Shown: positions 55,586 through 64,000 of the stretch, piece by piece
Layout of the letters: every line of letters begins with the position of its first letter
Numbering within the stretch: position 1 is the first letter of the stretch
DNA from: Eledone cirrhosa
Taxonomy: Eukaryota
DNA: 64,000 bases
Reading direction: 5' to 3'
Assembly: GCA_964016885.1 (NCBI GenBank)
Contig: OZ024745.1
Span: 42,532,001 to 42,596,000 of the forward strand
Notes under the pieces: generated by a model
Database searches by the model: none
What the model was told of the DNA's origin: nothing
What the model saw: only the letters and a program-made list of their open reading frames with translations
Program-made: the position numbers and the translations under genes

Positions 55586-56183
55586 GTGTTAATAATAAAT
55601 GTGAAGACTAAAATCGGAAGAGAGCTCGATAAGGATAAATATATATCAAATATATAAGAACCCTAGAGCAAATATTTATTAAAATAACAGATTAAAGTTT
55701 AAGCAAAGAATATCTGCTTTCACCCTTAACGGGATCTTCTGAAATATATATATATATATCCCGCTTGGTGACGGTGTAAGATTTCTCTTCGCGAGACTGC
55801 TGGAATTTCAAATTTGGCGGTCACTCTAACACTGATAGGTACCATGGCTGAATGTTAATATCGGTAGGGTTTTTTTTTATATCGATATTGTTGGGCATCC
55901 ACTGATGATTTATAAGTGCCCACCTGCATATATTCCTATAGACTATGTGTAGGCTTCTACATAACGTGGACATTATTTTCCCAAATTATAATGAAACGAT
56001 CGTTTGCAAAGAGGGATGTATTTAATTATGTCTCATATAAAATAATACAACTGTCTATCCTCAAAATACGTATAGTTAGCACCCCAAACGTATAATTGGG
56101 ATTATACTAAGGTATATCCTAATGTTTGTTGAGTGAGACAGAAGTTGGTCGGAGTATTGCTTAAAGCTTTCTCTGTTAATATA

Positions 56184-56502
<319 letters not shown>

Positions 56503-56561
56503 ACCAATACTGGAATTGAAATATCAAGACCGTAGAAGTATGTCATATATCAAATCATATA

Positions 56562-56626
56562 TTTTATCTGACGAGAACGTACTGGGAAAAAAAAAACACA
56601 GTACCTTCGGAATATATATAATAAAG
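56562..56626 (+). ncRNA. Type I hammerhead with one core mutation (GGAA for GAAA)
   Basis: TTTTAT-CTGACGA-GAACGTACTG...CAGTACCTTC-GGAA-TATATA-TA-ATAAAG. Confidence 0.75.
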
Positions 56627-56679
56627 CATATTTTTTGATTATGTGAATATTTTCATTTGTTAATATTTTGAATAATAAT

Positions 56680-56739
<60 letters not shown>

Positions 56740-56774
56740 TGCGCGTGTGTGTGTGCTGCGTGTGTGTGTGCTGC

Positions 56775-56851
<77 letters not shown>

Positions 56852-56910
56852 TAATATATATATTAAAATAAGAAGGAATCTGGTGTCAGAGTATCATCAT
56901 TAATATTCAG

Positions 56911-56997
56911 GTGTGACGCGCGTTTCGCTATTGATCAGCTCAAGGTTCGATCTGTATCTATCTGGCCCGACTCTGTAATCAAAAGCTCATCAGACTC
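56911..56997 (-). ncRNA. Type I hammerhead ribozyme in (TA)n-flanked insert
   Basis: CTGATGA-GCTTTTGATTA...TGATCAATAGC-GAAA-CGCGCG-TC. Palindromic stem III ACGCGCGT. Stem I is imperfect. Confidence 0.8.
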
Positions 56998-57083
56998 TTG
57001 GCTTGGTTCGTTAAAGACTAGACTTGAACGGACCCACCTAACGCTTCGAGTGCTCAACTTGATGAACCAACAATAACACAAAG

Positions 57084-57119
<36 letters not shown>

Positions 57120-57289
57120 CAGGATGGATTTAGTTTGAAACTGGTTAGACCATTACTCAACAGAGTACTCAATTGGGATAGTAGAGTATGGTTAGATAAG
57201 AAAGAAAGAAACGTACACATGCAGTCGTAAGAACTATTACGTTAACAATGAATCAGATTTTTTACAGGTTTCAGACAGTTGAGTCATAT

Positions 57290-57790
57290 GTGGTCATACT
57301 GGGGCAATCTATTGCAATCTGTTACTTATATCTCTGGTCATACTGGGGCAATCTATTGCAATCTGTTACTTATATCTCTGGTGATGCTGGGCAATCCATT
57401 TCGATCTGTTACTTATATCTGTAGTAATACTAGGACAATCTATTGCAATCTTGTACTTATTATATCTCTGGTCATACTGGGGCAATCCATTTCGATCTGT
57501 TACTTATATCTGTAGTAATACTAGGACAATCTATTGCAATCTTGTACTTATTATATCTCTGGTCATACTGGGGCAATCCATTTCGATCTGTTACTTATAT
57601 CTGTAGTAATACTAGGACAATCTATTGCAATCTTGTACTTATTATATCTCTGGTCATACTGGGGCAATCCATTTCGATCTGTTACTTATTATATCTACAG
57701 TAATAGTGGGGGAATATATTTCAAGCTATTTATTATTATAACTGTGGTCATACTGGAGCAATCTATTTCAGTCTGTTACTTATTGTATCA
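57290..57790. repeat. 44-bp minisatellite with a 91-bp (44+47) higher-order unit
   Basis: TGGTCATACTGGGGCAATC... recurring. Identical peptides in the ORF track are offset by 91 nt. Confidence 0.9.
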
Positions 57791-58573
57791 ATCTTTATTT
57801 GCCGAACCGCTGGGTGAGAGAGAAGATGAAAAGGAGGGATATGAGAGAGAAAATGAGGAGAGAGAGATGAAAGGGTGAGCGAAAAAACAGAGAGAGTGGA
57901 TGAGAGAGATGTGTAATAGAATCCAAGAGAGAAAAACTGAGAGGAAGGGGAATAGTAAGAGATAGGGAAAGTAAGACACTAAGAGAAAGGATGGAGAAGT
58001 AAATATGGATGAAAGTAGAATGCACTTTATCTAAAATGGAGGCTAAATTTGTTATTTGTAAAACTGTTTATCCATACTTGTATCTATGTATTCATCACAT
58101 TTAGTAATAAGTGTAAAAATGTGTTTACTTTCTTGAAATACCCAGGCATCACCGGGTAGCTCTGCTAGTATACATGTATAGTGAGAAAGAAATGGTGAAC
58201 ATTGTTGTGTGCGTAAGTATGCGTATGTGTTTGTGTGTGTGTATGTATGTACGTGTTTGTGAATATATACATTTACCAACCCTTACCAACCCTTACCACA
58301 ACCCATATATGTCTCTGTGTATCTGTATGTGTATATGTGTGTATGTATGTGTTTGAGAGTTTGCGTGTGTATGTGTGCGCATATGTGTTCATATTTGTAT
58401 GAACGTTTACCAAACATAACCCACAATTGCTTGTATTTATATGCATACGTGCGTGCATTTCACTTACTGGGTGTATGTGGATGTGTGTGTGTGTGTGGAT
58501 GTGTGTACATGTAAGTTGATATGTGTTTGCGTATGTTTGTGTATAAAGTAGATGTGTGTGTGTTGTGCGTGTG

Positions 58574-58758
<185 letters not shown>

Positions 58759-59411
58759 CCTTTGCGTGATTGGTCACATTTAGCCCGGGAGCCTTATTGA
58801 GTATAGCCGGAAGATAAACAGAAGACGGACTGAGTTAGCTAACAAGAGAGGAAAAGTCAGAAAGGGAAGAGAACGAGTGTGTTTGTGTGTATGCGATTGA
58901 AACAAAGAATGTGTGTATTTACGTTAGTGTTTACGCTCTACTGATATTAGTAAGAAGATAAACAGTAAGACAGCTTGAGTTGGCTAACAAGATGGCTGAC
59001 TGGTTCATATAGAGATTCTGCTGATATGAATATCATTGAAAAGTGTGTATATGTATATGCTTCACTATGGGAGTGACTTGGTATGACTCTTTGCTGTATT
59101 TGTTAAAGTCATTTGTTGGCACGTTATTAGTATATAAATATCAACAGTATATGCATACGCTATTATAAATCTTTTATTCATTTTGTATATATATTTGTGT
59201 GTGTGTATGTGTGTGTGTGTGTGTGTGTGTGCGTGTTCGTGTGTGTGCGCGTGTGTGTGTGTGTGTATTAAAGTTGCACACGGAATAAACGAAACAAGTG
59301 GGATGAATGAAATGAAAAGCATCTAACTTCTTCGTCAGCTACCCGCTGGGCAAAGTAATTTCGTGCATATACACACATACACATGTACTTATATATATAT
59401 ATATATATATG

Positions 59412-59477
<66 letters not shown>

Positions 59478-59486
59478 TTCTAACTT

Positions 59487-59652
<166 letters not shown>

Positions 59653-59980
59653 GAATGTGTATATATATATATATATATATAATGCACCATTTTAGTCATA
59701 TATCAAGAAGCTAGCAGTTTCATATTTGGCAATGTTTTTCATGTATACAAAAATGTGTGCGTCCCAACCACAAACGTGAATCGTCAGCAATTGATGATAA
59801 CTTCAGTTTTTGAGGCTGGGACGCACAACTTCATGCATATATAAAAGAAATTAAAGAAAAATATGCAAAAGTACGAAGTGTTATAATTTTCACGCTTGGG
59901 AATGGAAATAAAGGAATAAGAACATGTTTCAACGTATTGGATATTAATTCTTCATACATATATGCATGTGTACGTGTATG

Positions 59981-60030
<50 letters not shown>

Positions 60031-60037
60031 TGTGTGG

Positions 60038-60129
<92 letters not shown>

Positions 60130-60768
60130 GTGTGCGTGTGTGCATTTAGGTATGTATACATGTATTGACTACCATTTCTAATGTGAAACCGCCTGGTTTA
60201 GTGGTTAAAGCGTTGGGATTGCAATCGTGAAGTTATGAGTTCCATTGCAGTGTGGGTGATGCGCTGATGTCCTTGAGCAAGACACTTTATTTTCTGTTTA
60301 CTCAACTTTAGAAATGAGTTGCGACGTCACTGTTGCCAAGGTGTATCGGCCATGGCCCTCCACAAAAACACCTTGCCCGGACTTGTGTTTTGAAGGGGAA
60401 GTTTCTAGGTGCAATACTTATGGTCCTTCGTGACCAAAGGGTTTCTTTGCTCTAACCTGTTACCGTTTCTCATAAATGTAGTTATCCGTTGTGTTATAGT
60501 TAGTTGTAAGTTAATTAGGGCTTCATAAACTGTCTCTTTCATCTCACTTTACCTCTATCTCCTCACATGGCAATAACCTTACTCATAATAGAAGCCGTAC
60601 AATGAGGACATTTTATCTCATAATGTAAGGTGTTGGAACTGATACTGCAAAGTCTGAGGCTGTAACAATTCCTACACCGGTATTAAACTGAAGGCTCCGA
60701 GGGCTGGAAGAAATAGCACAAAGAAATGGATTCGACGCTCTAACATTCAAATATCGTAACTAATAAGG

Positions 60769-60843
<75 letters not shown>

Positions 60844-60964
60844 TACACACACACACACATATCTATATATATATATATATAAACCCGTAGAGCAAGTATT
60901 TATTATTAGCACAGGTTATATACATACACACGTGCACACACACATGCACATGTACACACACACA

Positions 60965-61010
<46 letters not shown>

Positions 61011-61359
61011 TATCCATTTATGTGCGTATGTGTATATATAAAATGAAGAACAATGCCATCGACAAATATACCCGAGAGCTGTCACTCGAGCACGCACACA
61101 TATATATATATACATATATATATATATAATATTCCCAGACTCACTTATACGCACGCACACGCACACACACACGCACACACACACACGCACACACACACAC
61201 ACACACACACACTCACATGCTATGGGGCCCCCACACATACTCCCACAGTGTTATATTCAATGTCAGTGAAGTTCCCTTCATGTAGTTTCAGCCAAAATTT
61301 CATAAGTTTCGTTCAGTCATGTGTGTCAGATGTTTCTTTCTCGTCTAATAACGGAGGAA

Positions 61360-64000
61360 GACAACAACGGTAACATCATCAATAACAACAACAAGAGTAA
61401 CAACAATAACAACGGTAACATCATCAATAACAACAACAGTAACAACAACAACAACAACAGTAACAACAACAACAACAACAACAACAACAAGAGTAACAAC
61501 AATAACAACAAGAACAGTAACAACAACAATAACAACAACGACAGTAACATCATCAATAACAACGACAGTAACAACATTAACAACAATAACAGTAACAACA
61601 GCAACAACAACAATAACAACAACAATAACAATAACATCTTCAATAACAACAACAGTAACATCATCAATAACAACAACAGTAACAGTAACAATAACAACAA
61701 TGACAACAACAATAACAACAGCAATAACAACGGTAACAACAACGACGGCAACATCATCAATAACACCAACAGCAGCTTCTACAATAACAACATCAATAAT
61801 AACAACAACAACAATAACAACAACAGTAACATTAATAACAACAACAACAGCATCATTAATGAAAGCAACACTAAGATTAACAGCAACGTCATCAATAATA
61901 GCAGTTACAATATCAATAACAACAACAATAACAACAACAATAACAACAACAATAACAGCAGCAATAACAACAACAGCAATATCATCAATAACAACAATAA
62001 CAACAACGACAGCAACAGCAAGGCCTTCAATAACAATAATAACAACAACGACAGCAACAGCAAGACTTTCAATAACAACAATAACAACAACGACAGCAAC
62101 AGCAAGACTTTCAATAACAACAATAACAACAACGACAGCAACAGCAAGACCTTCAATAACAACAATAACAACAACGACAGCAACAGCAAGACCTTCAATA
62201 ACAACAATAACAACAACGACAGCAACAGCAAGACCTTCAATAACAACAACAACAACAGCAACAGCAAGACTTTCAATAACAACAATAACAACAACGACAG
62301 CAACAGCAAGGCCTTCAATAACAACAATAACAACAACGACAGCAGGACCTTCAATAACAACAATAACAACAATGACAGCAACAGCAAGGCCTTCAATAAC
62401 AACAATAACAACAACGACAGCAACAGCAAGGCCTTCAATAACAACAATAACAACAACGACAGCAACAGCAATACCTTCAATATCAACAATAACAACAACG
62501 ACAGCAACAGCAAGACCTTCAATAACAACAATAACAACAACGACAGCAACAGCAAGACCTTCAATAACAACAATAACAACAACGACAGCAACAGCAAGAC
62601 CTTCAATAACAACAATAACAACAACGACAGCAACAGCAAGACCTTCAATAACAACAATAACAACAACGACAGCAACAGCAAGACCTTCAATAACAACAAT
62701 AACAACAACGACAGCAACAGCAAGGCCTTCAATAACAACAATAACAACAACGACAGCAACAGCAATACCTTCAATATCAACAATAACAACAACGACAGCA
62801 ACAGCAAGACCTTCAATAACAACAATAACAACAACGACAGCAACAGCAAGGCCTTCAATAACAACAATAACAACAACGACAGCAACAGCAATACCTTCAA
62901 TATCAACAATAACAACAACGACAGCAACAGCAATACCTTCAATAACAACAATAACAACAACGACAGCAACAGCACGACCTTCAATAACAACAATAACAAC
63001 AACGACAGCAACAGCAAGACCTTCAATAACAACAATAACAACAGCAACAGGAAGACCTTCAATAACAATAATAACAACAATAACAGCAACAGGAAGACCT
63101 TCAATAACAACAATAACAACAACGACAGCAACACCCAGACCTTCAATAACAACAATAACAACAACGACAGCAACAGCAAGACCTTCAATAACAACAATAA
63201 CAACAACGACAGCAACAGCAATACCTTCAATATCAACAATAACAACAACGACAGCAACAGCAAGACCTTCAATAACAACAATAACAACAACGACAGCAAC
63301 AGCAAGACCTTCAATAACAACAATAACAACAACAACAGCAACAGCAAGGTCTTCAATAACAACAATAACCACAACGACAGCAACAGCAAGGTCTTCAATA
63401 ACAACAATAACAACAACGACAACAACAGTAAGACCTTCAATAACAACAATAACAACAACGACAGCAACAGTAAGACCTTCAATAACAACAATAACAACAA
63501 CGACAGCAACAGCAAGACCTTCAATAACAACAATAACAACAACAACAGCAACAGCAAGACCTTCAATAACAACAATAACCACAACGACAACAACAACAAG
63601 ACCTTCAATAACAACAATAACAACAACGACAGCAACAGCAAGACCTTCAATAACAACAATAACAACAACAACAGCAACAACAAGACCTTCAATAACAACA
63701 ATAACAACAACAACAGCAACAGCAACACCTTCAATAACAACAATAACAACAACGACAGCAACAGCAAGACCTTCAATAACAACAATAACATCAACACTAT
63801 TAATAACAACAATAACAACAACGACAGCAACATCATCAATAACAAAATAAGAACAACAATAACAACTACTACAACAAGAGCAGCAACATTTCAATAACAA
63901 CAATTACAACAATAACAACGGTTTCAATAACAACAACAACAGCAACTGCAGCAACGTCTTCAATAACAACAGCGGCAATTACAACAACAACAATAATAAC
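61360..64000. repeat. (AAC/AAT)-derived array with a 42-bp minisatellite core (about 61990-63790)
   Basis: Unit AATAACAACAATAACAACAACGACAGCAACAGCAAGACCTTC. Confidence 0.96.

Noticed and set aside
61321-63903. Asn-rich or mucin-like protein genes
   Set aside because: Open on both strands simply because the repeat lacks stops; no supporting gene structure.

Overview
Animal genomic DNA, AT-rich and saturated with microsatellites. The repeat repertoire suggests a cephalopod such as Octopus, which is an inference. No host protein-coding gene could be supported, and nearly all ORF-track entries are (TA)n/(CA)n/trinucleotide artefacts. The real coding content is transposon-derived: two 5'-truncated Tx1-clade LINEs, both embedded in (GATA)n; three Penelope-like element (PLE) RT/GIY-YIG fragments; two internally deleted mariners; and RTE LINE relics. 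There are also a non-autonomous Helitron, many tRNA-derived SINEs and several minisatellites. Four signals are hidden from the ORF track. (1) Roughly a dozen type I hammerhead ribozyme motifs from many unrelated families lie in short inserts inside (TA)n tracts, often as fold-backs whose fixed end points suggest twin priming at a cut (TA)n. (2) Some inverted duplications of flanking DNA are centred on (TA)n tracts. (3) The Tx1 lineage appears (GATA)n-specific and includes a 41-nt abortive insertion. (4) A repeated cassette carries two convergent tRNA-like Pol III units with conserved upstream promoter blocks. All structures were read by eye and none was verified computationally.
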